A stretch of 64,000 bases of DNA from Octopus sinensis (GCF_006345805.1 NC_043005.1:52266001-52330000); one strand, 5' to 3'; numbered from the stretch's first letter, positions 28,188 to 41,645 are shown. A program made the numbers and translations. The notes: a model not told the origin generated them from the sequence alone.

Positions 28188-28440
28188 GTAAGAAACCCTT
28201 AGATTTTTAAGAATTTTTCTTCCGTTTCGGACAGATTTTTTTTTTATCAAGTATGTCCGTGCACTAATTCACGAACTCTTCCTAGTCTCCGAAAGAGCTT
28301 GGTGTTGGTATAAATAATGGGGAAACGAAAGAAATTATTTATGGGTTCTGTATTTGGATTATTATGTCAACTTTTCACTTGTCCCAGCATGGCCACAGTC
28401 TAATGACTGATACGAGTAAAAGATAATATATATATATATA

Positions 28441-28604
28441 CAGGCGCAAGAATGGCTGTGTGATAAGAAGCTTGCTTCCCAACCATATGGTTGCGGATTT
28501 AGTCCCACTGCGTGGCACCTTGGGCAAGTACCTTCTACTATACCCTCTGGCCGACCAAAGCCTTGCGAATGGATTTGGCAGACGGAAACTGAAAGAAGCC
28601 CGTC

Positions 28605-28644
<40 letters not shown>

Positions 28645-28860
28645 GTGTGTGTGTGTGTATATGTATGTGTTTTTCCCCACCATCACTTGACAGCCGATGG
28701 GGGTTTGTTTACGTCCCCGTAACTTAGCAGTTCAGCAAAAAGAAACCGATTGAATAAGTTTTACGCTTACAAAGATTAAGTCGTGAGGTTGATTTATTTC
28801 GACTAAAGGCGGTGCTCCAGCATGGCCTCAATCAAATGACAGAAACAATTTAAAGAATAA
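28441..28860 (+). mobile_element. SINE family A
   Basis: Full head, body and tail homologous to 20698-21120. Confidence 0.88.
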
Positions 28861-28937
28861 ACGAACATATATACAGTAAATTGAATAGAGAGATGCAATT
28901 GACAGATTAACAATTTTTTTAATATTATAATAAACAT

Positions 28938-29350
28938 AGGCGCAGGAGTGACTGTGTGGTAAGTAGCTTGCTTACCAACCACATGGTTCCGGGTTCAATC
29001 CCACTGCGTGGCACCTTGGGCAAATGTATTCTACTATAGCCTCGGGCCGACCAATGCCTTATGAGTGCATTTGGTAGGCGGAAACTGAAAGAAGCCCGTC
29101 GTATATATGTATATATATGTGTGTGTGCGTGTATGTTTGTGTGTCTGTGTTTGTCCCCCTAGCATTGCTTGACAACCGATGCTGGTGTGTTTATGTCCCC
29201 GTTAATTAGAGGTTCGGCAAAAGAGACCGATAGAATAAGTACTGGGCTTACAAAGAATAAGTCCCGGGGTCGATTTGCTCGATTAAAGGCGGTGCTCCAG
29301 CATGGCCGCAGTCAAATGACTGAAACAAGTAAAAAGTAAAAGAGTAAGAG
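28938..29350 (+). mobile_element. SINE family A
   Basis: Full head, body and tail, close to the apparent consensus. Confidence 0.92.
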
Positions 29351-29961
29351 TATAATAAACTGAATATATTATATAAAAATTATTAAAACCGAAGAAGCCA
29401 AGAATTTGTTTCGACATTTATACATTATTTGATTTATAAACATGTCTCTTCAGGGTTTTGGTTCTGTTAGATTGTGAACCGAGTCTTTCTATTAAATTTA
29501 TTGCTTGTAATTTGTATTATACCGCTATTTCTGTGGTATTCAATTGACGTACCATCGGACTGGATGTTTTACAAACCCCTTTGAAGGGATTTCTTTCTTT
29601 AGTTTGTTTCTGTAATGTATTCATATATTACCTAAGTATTATTATACTGTCTTTCGCTGGCATATTGGAGAAATTACCAATTGAGATATCATTGAAAGAC
29701 ACTCCGGTCCCACACAGGAAGGACTTTATGAAAGACCTCATTACTAAGGCTTTCGCATTCATATACATGCACACACACAAACACACGCACGCACACACAC
29801 ACAAAAACACATACATCTCTCTCTCTCTCCTCTCTCTCTCTCTCCTCTCTATATATATATATATATATTATATATATATATATAATATATATATATGTAT
29901 ATATATATACACATATGTATGTATTATATTATTATGCGTGTGTGTGTGTTCGTGTGTATAT

Positions 29962-30026
<65 letters not shown>

Positions 30027-31164
30027 GTACCAGCTTAAGGTGACCCACTCTACGCGCGGCTGCGGCTGCGGCTGTGGCCATTACTTTCTGTTGCTTTCTT
30101 TCTGATTTTTATCGCCACATTCTTCCTCTTTGTTTCTCTCTCCTTTCTCTCTCACTTTCCCACTCTCTTACTCTTCCTTTCTTTCGGATTCTTTCTCGCT
30201 TTCTCTTACTCTCCATCTATCTCTATCAATCTCCTTCCCATTTATAAAAATAACTAAAGATCTTGAGTAAGTTGAGAAAGAAAATATTGTGAAAGATCAG
30301 TCATAAATATCAGGTAGTGATAACGGAAAGCACATTTGCCTTTGGTACGTGCCACTTTTTGAGCGATTAAAAATAAAGAAAAGAAGGATTTCTTTGTTAA
30401 ATTTAGTACGTATTATGGAAATTTTTCGACGATTGACTATGCAAATGAACGCTCTAAACACGGGCTACATGCAGCTGTAAATTTTTTCAGAAAAAATGAA
30501 AACTGTAAACAAAAAAGGCAAAAATACGTAAAAATGAGACATTGTTTTCAACTTCAAAAATCTTGTCTTAATTTTTAAAATTTCGAACCCATTTTCCGCG
30601 CTTAAATTACAAATCCGCTCCCACTTTACCATGTTGAAAATTTGATTGAAATCGGGCAATCGGGCAATCTAGACCCCCAAGTACCCCACAAATCAATAAA
30701 ATCCCCATTTTCACAGCAAAGTAACCAACGTAGCGCCCCAAAGCGTCTCCCAATCAATTTCTCACCTCAAGTTACCACCTCTTGTAAATTTTAATCCCAG
30801 TGCAGCCCCATTTAGACACTTTTTTACATAAAATCCAATTTGTATCAACGTTCGCATTCTTCATTTTATAGATTAGATTAGATGCCAATCGCGCCAATTT
30901 GGAGGGGCATAGAGATCCTTTGAATCGTTAAAAAAGATCCCTCTTCTCACCATATCGACCGCATCTTTCCAGATAGCGTATTTTAACCTACTGAACTCAC
31001 TGCCTCATCAAGCCTTCTATGCCTGTGTCAACTTTCATCTTGATTAAACCAATGGTCTAGCCACCAACCTCTAACGTACCAAAATGTGCACACAATTTTG
31101 ACCCAAAGCCATTTATATATATATAGATAGCAGAGAAACCCGGTCTTGCTCGGGATTAAAATAG

Positions 31165-31950
31165 TTTATCAGTTCACCAAAGGACATCGATAAAATAACC
31201 TAGCGGTTCGCCAAAGGTGATCGATAAAATAACTTAGAGGTTCACCAAACGTGATCGATAAAATAACCTAGCGGTTCGCTAAACGTGATGCATAAAATAA
31301 CAAAGTGGTGCGCCAAAGGAATTCGATAAAATAGCCTAGCAGTTCACCAAAAGTGATCGATAACATAACTTAGCGGTTCACCAAAGAAGATCGATAAATA
31401 ACTTAGAGGTTCGCCAAAGTAGGTCGATAAAATAACTTAGCGGCTCACCAAAGGGATCCGATAAAATAACTTAGCGGTTCGCCAAAATTGATCAATGAAA
31501 TAACGTGGCAGTTCACCACAGAAGATCGATAAAATATCTTAGCGGTTCGCCAAATGTGATCGAGAAAATAACTTAGCGATTCGCCAAATAATATCGGTAA
31601 AATAACATAGCGGTTCGCCAAACGGATCGATAAAATAACTTGGCGGTTCGCCAAACGTGATCGATAAAAGAACTTAGCGGTTCACCAAAGATCGATAAAA
31701 TAACCTAGTGGTCCGCCAAACGGATCGATAAAATAACTTAGCGGTTCACCAAAAGTGGGTGATAAAATAAGTTAGCTGTTCGCCAAAGGAGATCGATAAA
31801 TTAACTCTGCGGTTCACCAAACGGGATCGATAAAATAAGCTAGCTTTCGCCAAACGAGATCGATAAAATAATTTCGCGGTTCGCGAAAGAAGATAGATAA
31901 AATATCCTAGCGGTTCGCCAAAGGAGATCGATGAAATAACTAAGCGGTTC
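31165..31950 (+). repeat. 34 bp minisatellite, about 23 diverged units
   Basis: Unit approx. GATCGATAAAATAACTTAGCGGTTCGCCAAAGGT; TCGA recurs at 31187, 31221 and 31255 (period 34). Confidence 0.95.
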
Positions 31951-32739
31951 CCTCGGACTCTCCCTCGCTTTCTCTTACTCTCTATCTTTCTCTATGTATC
32001 TCTCTCCCATTTATAAAAAAAATCGATTTCCGCGCTTAAATCAACCACATTGGTTGATTAGTTTTTAATACAAAACATGACATTTCTTACGGCCGTTTCT
32101 GCTTCTAACGTTAGTGGGTGCTTACGAAAGAAATTCCGAAAATAATATTCGTCATCTTCATAGCACACTCGATCTAGTACATGGAGCTTAATCAGTTTGA
32201 GTACAAATGCGTATAATAAAATAAACGATGGGAAGAGGAAACAGGAAAGAACAGGGCCTCGAGAAGAGGCCAGAAGGCTCAATATATTAAAATCATACCA
32301 TTTTGCAGCGTGGAGCTTGAAGTCGATTCCCTTCGTTTATTTTATTTTACGCAGTTGTATTCACTCTGATGAAGCTCCATCGAATGTGCTGTGAAGATGA
32401 TGGATATTATTTTCGGAATTTCTTTCGTAAGCACCGACTACGACTGGAAGCGGAAACGTCCGTAAGAAACGATATGCCATGGTTTGCATCAAAAAATAAT
32501 CCAACTGATGTGGTTCAAATTGTTTGTTGAGCAAAAGTTTTCTCCATTTTCTGATTATTTAAATTTGATTCCTGATAAACTTTTGTTTATTCTGATACCG
32601 CTAGTAAATACGGTCACTATTATCCCTTAGTCGGTTACTACAACTGCTATCTCTACTAACCCCTTATATATATATATGTATATATATATATATGTGTATG
32701 TGTGTGTGTGTGTGTGTGTGTATGTGTAAGATATGAGGA

Positions 32740-33150
32740 ATTATGTGCATTATTTACTTTATTTACATTCGACGGATATTTGTCCACATCTTGTTTGTTG
32801 TTAACACAACGTTTCGGCTGATACACCCTCCAGCCTTCCTTTACTGGACGATACCACAACTTCAGTTCCCACCATCCATACAGTGAAATGAGAGGGAACG
32901 CCCAGTGCCTAAAATACAGTGCAAATAATATCGTGCAAATAATATAAGTAGCGATCGTGATACACACCACAAAGAAATAATCAAGATCAATAACGATCTG
33001 TTAAGCAACAACTACCCCAAAAGTATACTATACACTCCAATTATGAAGAAGAGAGAGAATGAGACCAATAAACTGTCCACAGTCTGTTTACCCTATGTGA
33101 AAGGCCTCTCCGAAAAGATACAAAAGATATGCGGCCCATATGACATCAGC
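32740..33150. mobile_element. PLE fragments: truncated pLTR (minus, 32740-32850) and RT thumb/linker coding remnant (plus, 32920-33150)
   Basis: 32740-32850 matches the 13355-13445 arm; plus translation RANNISSDRDTHHKEIIKINNDLLSNNYP...VCLPYVKGLSEKIQKICGPYDI is typical of the PLE thumb/linker. Confidence 0.75.
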
Positions 33151-33229
33151 ATATATATGTATATACACACTCAGACACACACATTTATATTTATATATAC
33201 AAATGTATGTATATCTATATACACAAATG

Positions 33230-33264
<35 letters not shown>

Positions 33265-33569
33265 TTACATATACGTAAGTATATATGTGTGTGTATATAA
33301 TTGTATATACATATGTACGTATGTATGTTGTATATATAAAACATAAACACTCATAAAATATGCACACACATACACACACATACACTCGCACTCACACTCA
33401 CGCATATATAAGTACTTATGTTTGTATATATATATATATGGATTATTTACCGACAAACGCTTCCCTTTATTAAACTTCTAATGATAGCATTTTATATATT
33501 GAATTGCGATAAATTATGGTGTCGAACGATCGAATATTCAGATCAAGTGTAATGTTATGTAAACAATGT

Positions 33570-33609
<40 letters not shown>

Positions 33610-34294
33610 TATATATACCTCTCTCACTCCCTCGTATGCGCACACACACTCACATGCACAAACACACACACGAACAAGCACACACGCGCATACGCACACA
33701 CATATATACTGTGTGTGTGTGTGTGTGCCCGCGTGTCCATATTTTAGCGTGTGTATGTGTGTAAGAGAAATAATTATATGAGAAACACGACTCCCCAAAA
33801 TACTTTCTGCTGAAGTCAATTCACTTCAGACTTATTCAGTTTGTTATATACAGTCTACACATGTTAATGGCGGGAATAAAAACCGAAATCTTTATAAGTC
33901 GTATACTAACGCTACATAATTCATTCTCATTCACATTCATTTATTGTTGAAGGAATGAATCCACCTTATTATTAACGTTATTATTCTTTGAGAGGTTTGG
34001 TCGAACAGATCTACCGCATTACTTATATTTTTACGTCAGGTACATTTTCTATCGGTCTCTTGTGTTGAACTGCTTGGTTACAGGGATGTAAACAAACCAA
34101 CACCGGCACAAACATATACAGAAATACACACACATAAATATATATAGATATGTGTGTATGTATGTGTGTGTGTGTGTGCGCGCGCCTTTCTGTCTCTCTT
34201 AATGCATGTATATGTGTGTGCGTGTGTAGTACGTATGCTTTTTTACAGTTTTCAACTGATTTTCACCAAACTTTACTCACACATCACTTACGTG

Positions 34295-34829
34295 CTAAGG
34301 AGGGTCATGCATTATAACATTTTGCCCAGAGGCATCACCCTCAACATGGAGGCCTACATCAAATGCTTGGAAGATGTAGTGCTGCCCTGGCTCAAATGGG
34401 TGGCTGCTGGAAGTTCCTATGTCTGGCAACAGGACTCTGCACCATGTTACACAAGCAGAACTCAGTCATGGCTGTCTGACAATTTCTGCGACCACATCAC
34501 CCCTAACATCTAGCAACCTCATTTCCCGGACTGCAACGTCCTCGATTATTATGTGTTGGGCGCAGTTGAGCGAGAGACCAACAAAACTTGTTGTGATACC
34601 AAAGATGAACTGAAGGCAAGGATTATGGCAGCATTCACCAACGTAAAAAAAAAAAAACGCCCAGAAGAGTTGCAGGAAATTCCGAAACTCTCTGAAGACT
34701 GTGATTGAAGCCAATGTCAATTTTATTGAATAAGTTTACTCTTCAGTATTTCAAGATATTTTTATGTAATTTTGGTAAATATAACTGTTTTGCGTAAATT
34801 ATACGACGATTTATTCACCGCACCCTGCA
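34295..34829 (+). mobile_element. Tc1/mariner (DD37D/maT-like) transposase 3' remnant
   Basis: YVWQQDSAPCY...DHITPNI*QPHFPDCNVLDYY..GAVERETNK: about 36 residues between the last two Asp in this decayed copy; ends CACCCTG (TIR-like). Confidence 0.75.
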
Positions 34830-35120
34830 CATTTAAATTATAACTTGTAAACCAAAATACCGTATCACCGAATCACGTATTAACCTATTTTGTATTCACA
34901 TGTTAGGTATTAACGCACACTTCATTATATATTTATGTAGAAACATTTAAAGCAAAGTATAACTGTCATTCGCGTCGCTAATGCACTAATACGTATCACG
35001 TGTGTTACCTATTAATGCATTAGATATCTATGCTTAGCTTACATTATACATCATTAAATACTAATACATATGTTTCGCATAGCAAAGTATTAACGTATTT
35101 CCATGCTTATCATATGTAAA

Positions 35121-35292
35121 TAGGCGCAAGCGTGATGGATAAGAAGCTTGCTTATCAGCCGCGAGGTCTTGGGTTTAGTCCCACTACGCAGCGCATTCGG
35201 CAAGAGTTTTCTGTCTTCTAGAATAGCAACGAGCCGAGCAAATACTCGTGGGTGGATTTGGTTGACGGAGCTTGAGAGAAGCCCGTCGTATA
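35121..35292 (+). mobile_element. SINE family A 5' half, diverged
   Basis: AGGCGCAAGCGTG...GGGTTTAGTCCCACTACG...GAAGCCCGTCGTATA. Confidence 0.7.
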
Positions 35293-35479
35293 CATACATA
35301 CATACAAACATACATACACACACACACATACATACATACATACATGCATATATACATACATACATACATACATACATACATACATACATACATACATACA
35401 TACATACATACATACACATATATATGCGCGCGTACGTGTGCAAGCGTGTGTGTATGAGTATGTGATTGTGTACGGGTTT

Positions 35480-35898
35480 CTCATTTATTTACTGCCCACA
35501 AGGGGCTAAACATAGAGGGGACAAGCAAGGACAGGCAAAGGGATTAAGTCGATTACATCGACACCAGTGCGTAACTGGTACTTAATTTATCGACCCCGAA
35601 AGGATGAAGGGCAAAGTTGACCTCGGCGGAATTTGAACACAGAACGTAACAGTAGACAGAATACCTGTTTCTTTATTGCCCACAAGGGGCTAAACACAGA
35701 GGGGACAAACAAGGACAGACATAGGTATTAAGTCGATTACATCGACCCCAGTGCGTAACTGGTACTTAATTTATCGACCCCGAAAGGATGAAAGGCAAAG
35801 TCGACCTCGGCGGAATTTGAACTCACAACGTAACGGCAGACGAAATACCGCTAAGCATTTCGCCGGGCGTGCTAAAGTTTCTGCCACTTCGCCGCCTT
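35480..35898 (-). mobile_element. Head-to-tail dimer of SINE family B
   Basis: Two near-identical bodies (35480-35665 lacking the 5' head; 35666-35898 complete). Confidence 0.9.
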
Positions 35899-36747
35899 GT
35901 GATTGTGTATGGCTTTCTGTTCGTCCTCTACAACCGCTCGACAACCCCTGCCCGTTGTTTTACGTGCACGTAACATTGGAGCCTCAGCAAAAGACACCGA
36001 TAGAACAAGTACCGTGCTTAAAAAAAAAAGTACTGCAGTCGATTTTTCTGTGGAGGACTAAATCCTTTAAAGCGGATCCCCAGTGTTCACGACTGCAGCA
36101 CAATGACTCGATTAAGTAATGGATAAAAGAAGAAAAATACAAACAAAAAAAACTATGAACGTAAAACATATTTATCTAATAAGAAACAAACGTAGAAATC
36201 CTGATATTGCTTTCTGTAAATAATAACGTACCATGAAAATTAACGCCGTCGTGTGGTAGTTTTTCAATTAGTTCAGTTATAAAATACTGGGTGGTCAAAT
36301 GTATATTTTATTCAGTAGTATTTTAATTACTGGGTCTCGTATTCATTATTAATTAATGACTTCATGAATTATTCAACATGTCGTCTCCGTTTTTCTAATT
36401 TTTTTTTGTTTGTTTTTTGTTTCGTTTTTCACGTAATTATAACCTTGAATAGTAATAACGTTACTGTTCAGTATATGTATCATTAACTTCAAAAGTATTC
36501 TTTTGGGTTGTTGATGTTGTGGTTGTTGTTGTTATTCTTGTAGTTGGTGATGATAATGTTTAGTCAGAACTCAACACTGATCGAGCAGAACCTATGATCA
36601 AAGACATTCCAGCCGTGATCATCCCGTTATTTTTCATTAAAAAGAAACCTTTCGTTTCCTTATTTATTGATGGTAAGATACGACGTGGGAGAGTTTAGTG
36701 TTTCCAAAGCAATAGTGTCGAGGGATATATACGTAACACACACGCTC

Positions 36748-36784
<37 letters not shown>

Positions 36785-36874
36785 ACACACACAATCAGGC
36801 ACGTATGCACAAACACACACACACGAATTAATTATTTCGCATACATATAAAGGTTTTAATATCTGCTCAAGCAA

Positions 36875-37070
36875 GCTGGCAGAAACGTTAGCACGCCGGG
36901 CGAAATGCTTAGTGGAATTTCGTCTGTTTTTACGTTCTGAGTTCAAATTGCCTTTCTATCCTTTCGAGGTCGATAAATTAAGTACCAGTAGCGTACTGGG
37001 GGTCGATATAATCGACTGGTCCCCCCCTCCCACAAAACAAAATTTCAGTCCTTGTGCCTAAAGTAGACAA
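36875..37070 (+). mobile_element. SINE family B, followed by a decayed minus-strand copy (37080-37275)
   Basis: GCTGGCAGAAACGTTAGCACGCCGGGCGAAATGC ... AAGTACCAGT. Confidence 0.85.
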
Positions 37071-37282
37071 GAATATCACTTCAAACATTTTGAAGAAGAG
37101 TGGTTAGTTGATGCCATCAGCCCAGTACTTGGCTCGTCCTTTACTTTATCGATCCCAATTGAACGACAGGCGAAGTTGACCTCATTGGAATTTCACCTTA
37201 GAATGTAAAGAACAGGAAGGAATAGCGAAAAATACCCTTTTCGACTCGCTAATGACTCTGACAGCGCGCCACCTTACGTAAA

Positions 37283-37534
37283 TATTGAGTTGATGCATAA
37301 TTATTGCAGGTTTTTCAACAAATTTTATTCAACAAAAGCAATAACAGCATATAGCAAAAACATCTTTAAATGATTATTCCGGAGCATATTCACCATCTAC
37401 TCCAATTACTGCTTCCCGTTTGCTTGGCAGACGGTCAGACCATCATTTAAAGATGTTTTTGTTAAATATTGTTATTGTTTTTGTTGATTAAACTCGTTGA
37501 AAAAAAGCCTCGATAATTATGCACCAACCCAATA
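37283..37534. mobile_element. Mariner-type MITE with ~90 bp TIRs
   Basis: Left TATTGAGTTGATGCATAATTATTG...CATCTTTAAATGAT; right ATCATTTAAAGATG...ATAATTATGCACCAACCCAATA; TA at both ends. Confidence 0.85.
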
Positions 37535-37774
37535 CGTATACATATTCATATATATATTTGAGTGTGTCTGTGTATATGTGTGTGTGTGTGGTTATGTGGT
37601 AAGAAGTCTATAAATATCCTAAAAACTCCTCACAGCCTTGGCTTTGTCTACTATTTGTTTTATTTATATTTCCTGAGCGCCATACTAATACAATTGTTTG
37701 TTTGTTTTCCACCTGCCTTCGTCTTTTGTCTATTTTCATAAAGCTTCCCGTTATATATGTATATATATATATAT

Positions 37775-37810
<36 letters not shown>

Positions 37811-38009
37811 TCACACACTGTTGTTGGCATCCTTTATGTCTCGGCAGACAATGGAGTTGCGCATAAAATAATATTGTCCGGCATTTACATTACATCTCCT
37901 GCAGTGGTTGTGTAGTCCTAGCCTGGCAGGTGTAGTGAAGCCTGGCTGGTTGTAATGTCATAGTTTCTTGTTGACGTTTTTTCTTGTCTTTCCATTTCTC
38001 CTCTCTGTG

Positions 38010-38420
38010 TGGTAAGAACCACATGGTTCCGGGTTCAGTCACACTACGTGACACCTTGGGCAAGTGTCTCTTATTATAGTCCCGGGTCGACCAAAGCCTT
38101 GTGAGAGATTTGCTGGACGGAAACTGTAAGAAGCCCGTCACATATATGCAATGGAAAGGTGGAAAACACACATACACACACAAACACATATATATATATT
38201 TATGTGTGTGTGCATGTGTTTGCCACCATTCCATTTCTTGACAACTGATTTAGTTGCGTTTACGTCCCTGTAATCTAGCAGTTCGGCAAAAACAAAACCC
38301 GATACAATAAGTTCTAGGCTCACAAATGATAAGATCTGGGGTCGAGTTCTTCGACTAGAAGCCCTTTGATCCAGTGCTCGGGCATGGCTGCAGTCAAATG
38401 ACTGAAACAACAGAAGAAGT
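38010..38420 (+). mobile_element. SINE family A, diverged
   Basis: Family A head, body and tail motifs. Confidence 0.8.
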
Positions 38421-38507
38421 GGAAGAATAGATTATATATATATATCTATATATATTATATATATATATTATAGAGAGAGAGGACGGAGAGAGGAGAGAGA
38501 GAGAGAG

Positions 38508-38905
38508 GCGTAGGTGTAGGTGTGTGGTAAGTAGCTTGTTTACCAACGACATGGTTCCGGGTACAGTCCCACTACGCGCGGCACTTTGGGCAAGTGTCTT
38601 CTACTACAGCCTCGGGTCGACCAAAGCCTTATGAGTGGATTTGGTAGACGGAAATTAAAAGAAGCCCGTCGTATATATGTGTGTGTGTATATAAGTTTGT
38701 GTGTCTGTGTTACTCCGCCCAAGATCGCTTGACAACCGATGTTGGTGTGTTTACGTCACCGTAACTAAGCGGTTCAGCAAAAGAGAACCGATAGAATATG
38801 TACTAGGCTTACAAAGAATAAGTCCTGGGGGTTGATTTGCTCGACTAAAGACGGTGCTCCAGCATGGCCACAGTCACATGACTGAAACGAGTAAGAGAGA
38901 GTAAA
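38508..38905 (+). mobile_element. SINE family A
   Basis: Family A head, body and tail motifs. Confidence 0.88.
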
Positions 38906-38966
<61 letters not shown>

Positions 38967-39664
38967 CTTGTTAAACCTCTTCATATTCTCATCATACTGT
39001 TGTACTTTTTTATGTCCTTAACATGTCCCTGTTACCAAAGACATATAATACATGTAATGTAGCAATTGTAACAACCAATAATTAACGCAACCAAACTTCC
39101 ATATGTTACTTTTGACAATCTTTTTCCAAAGAGTGAAACCGGTTAAGTAAATAAACATCTTTTAAATTGCATTTTCAAACCTTCTTTCGTATATAATTCC
39201 ACTCGTGCGATACCCCACAACTCAACTTTGTTATATATATATATATAAAATAAGTCCAATTGATGAAACAAAAGAGAAAATTGCGAAGAACTACATCCAC
39301 AAAGCATTTTGCAAAAACGTCACAGTTTACTTAACGAAATGTTTAATAAAAACATTTAAGACACTACTGTATTTAAAACTCTGCTCTAAAATCTATTACT
39401 GTCTCATTAACGTCACTATAGCTTCCCAGATTGAATCTTATCTTCTTCAAAACCTCTTCAACATTTATTCCACCAATTTTCGATCTAAATTACGAAACAA
39501 TGTCTTGTTTTTGTTCTTATTTCCTCATCTTATTAATTTTTTTTTCTGTTGTTGTCTGTCTCTGTCTACGCCTTTGTCTATACTTTTGTCTACATATCTG
39601 TCTCTTTCTTTCTCTTTCCTTTATGCTCTCTATATATATATATCTATCTACCAATCTATCTATC

Positions 39665-39750
<86 letters not shown>

Positions 39751-40419
39751 TACTGCAGCTCCCTATATCCTTTCTGTCCTTCCCTGCTTCTCATTACATT
39801 TTCAAAACTCTCGCGTCTTATTTGCGTATGGCTTTCTATCTGTTCTATAAATTAATTTGTCCGTCAAGAGCTGATGGTTTTGTCCCAGTTCTATTTCCTT
39901 ATTGTCCACTTTACAATTCAACTTATTATATATTCCTATTGAAGTCAATGTATTTTAGTGATTCTCTTAGCTCTTGCTATAAATGACATCAAATTTAACC
40001 GCATACTTAATACAACAGCGATCGCTGGCTAGCTGCAGTACAAGCTCACTCGCACACATACCAGCGCACAAGCATAGACATGTGAGCGGATTGCTTCACA
40101 CATACGCAAACATATACCAAAATACCTATACATACATAAATAGATACAGTTATAGATATACACAAACACACACATATATATATATGTGTGGGTGTCTGTA
40201 TACGTATATATATATGTCTATATATATATACACACACACAAACATATTTATATACGCATATATACACACACGTGTAGATACGCACCTATATGAATATTTA
40301 GAGGCACGTACGTACATATTCACATTCGTGGACGCATTCATACCAGCAGCGATGTCATTGAATGCGAGTAAGATAACTGAAATAGATGTTTAGGTCACTA
40401 TCCACCTCCTCCCTCTCCT

Positions 40420-40730
40420 CGCCAACCTCCTCCTCCTCATCATCATCCTCATTACCATCATCACCACCACCACAACCACGACCACCACCATCATCTTCAT
40501 CCTCCTCCTCATCATCATCACCCTTATCATCATCATCATCATAATCATCATCATCATCATCATCAACATCTTCGTCGTCGTCATCATCATCATCATCATC
40601 ATCATCATCGTCATCATCATCATCTTCGTCGTCGTCGTCATCATCATCATCATCATCATCATCATCAACATCTTCGTCGTCATCATCATCATCATCATCA
40701 TAATCATCATCATCATCAACATCATCGTCG

Positions 40731-40774
<44 letters not shown>

Positions 40775-40790
40775 TTCGTCGTCGTCGTCG

Positions 40791-40827
<37 letters not shown>

Positions 40828-41120
40828 ATTCGGTAGCAATCACAGCACTAGCGGCAGCGGCAGCGGTACATCGTCATCATCTTCGTCAACGTCAATCGTC
40901 ATCACAACCACCAACACCAAGACCAACACCAAGACCGACACCATCAACACCATCACCATCACCACCACCACCACCATTGCCACCGGCATCACCTCCAACA
41001 CCATCACCACCGTCCCAGCCACCAGCGCCATCACCAGCATCAACGCCACCTTTGCACCCCCTCCCACCCCCACCCCCACCTCCCAGACATCATCCTCGTC
41101 TTTCTTTACCACCATCGTCA
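40420..41120. repeat. (CAT)n/(CGT)n/(CAC)n trinucleotide tract
   Basis: Direct reading. Confidence 0.95.
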
Positions 41121-41530
41121 CCATTTTATAACAGTATTATCTGATTTCTCTAATCTAGTTCCGACAGAAACTTTTGCACTCCCTGCCTTTCTCATTCTCC
41201 CCTGGCCCCACCCATTCGTCTTTCTCTTTCTCTCTGTGGTTTTACTGTCTGCGTCATACGGAAAAGTGCATACGTACGGAGCATCACACACACGGAGCAT
41301 CACACACACGCTATTGCAAACGTACGCCACACGTACACATACACATAGCACACACACACACACACACCCCACACACACACACACACACACAGAGCATATA
41401 TATATATGTATGTATACACGAATATTATACATATGTATATATATGTATAGATTTATATGCATGTATATATGTATCTGTGTGTATACTTTTAAACATATGC
41501 GTGTATAATGTGTATATAGATATATATATC

Positions 41531-41572
<42 letters not shown>

Positions 41573-41609
41573 TTTATATATATATACCATATAAATTTAT
41601 ACATATATT

Positions 41610-41641
<32 letters not shown>

Positions 41642-41645
41642 TATA

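Noticed and set aside
31165-31950. CRISPR-like array
   Set aside because: Units abut directly with no unique spacers, no cas genes, eukaryotic context; it is a minisatellite.
40355-41124. Poly-Asp/poly-Met ORFs
   Set aside because: Translation of a (CAT)n microsatellite.
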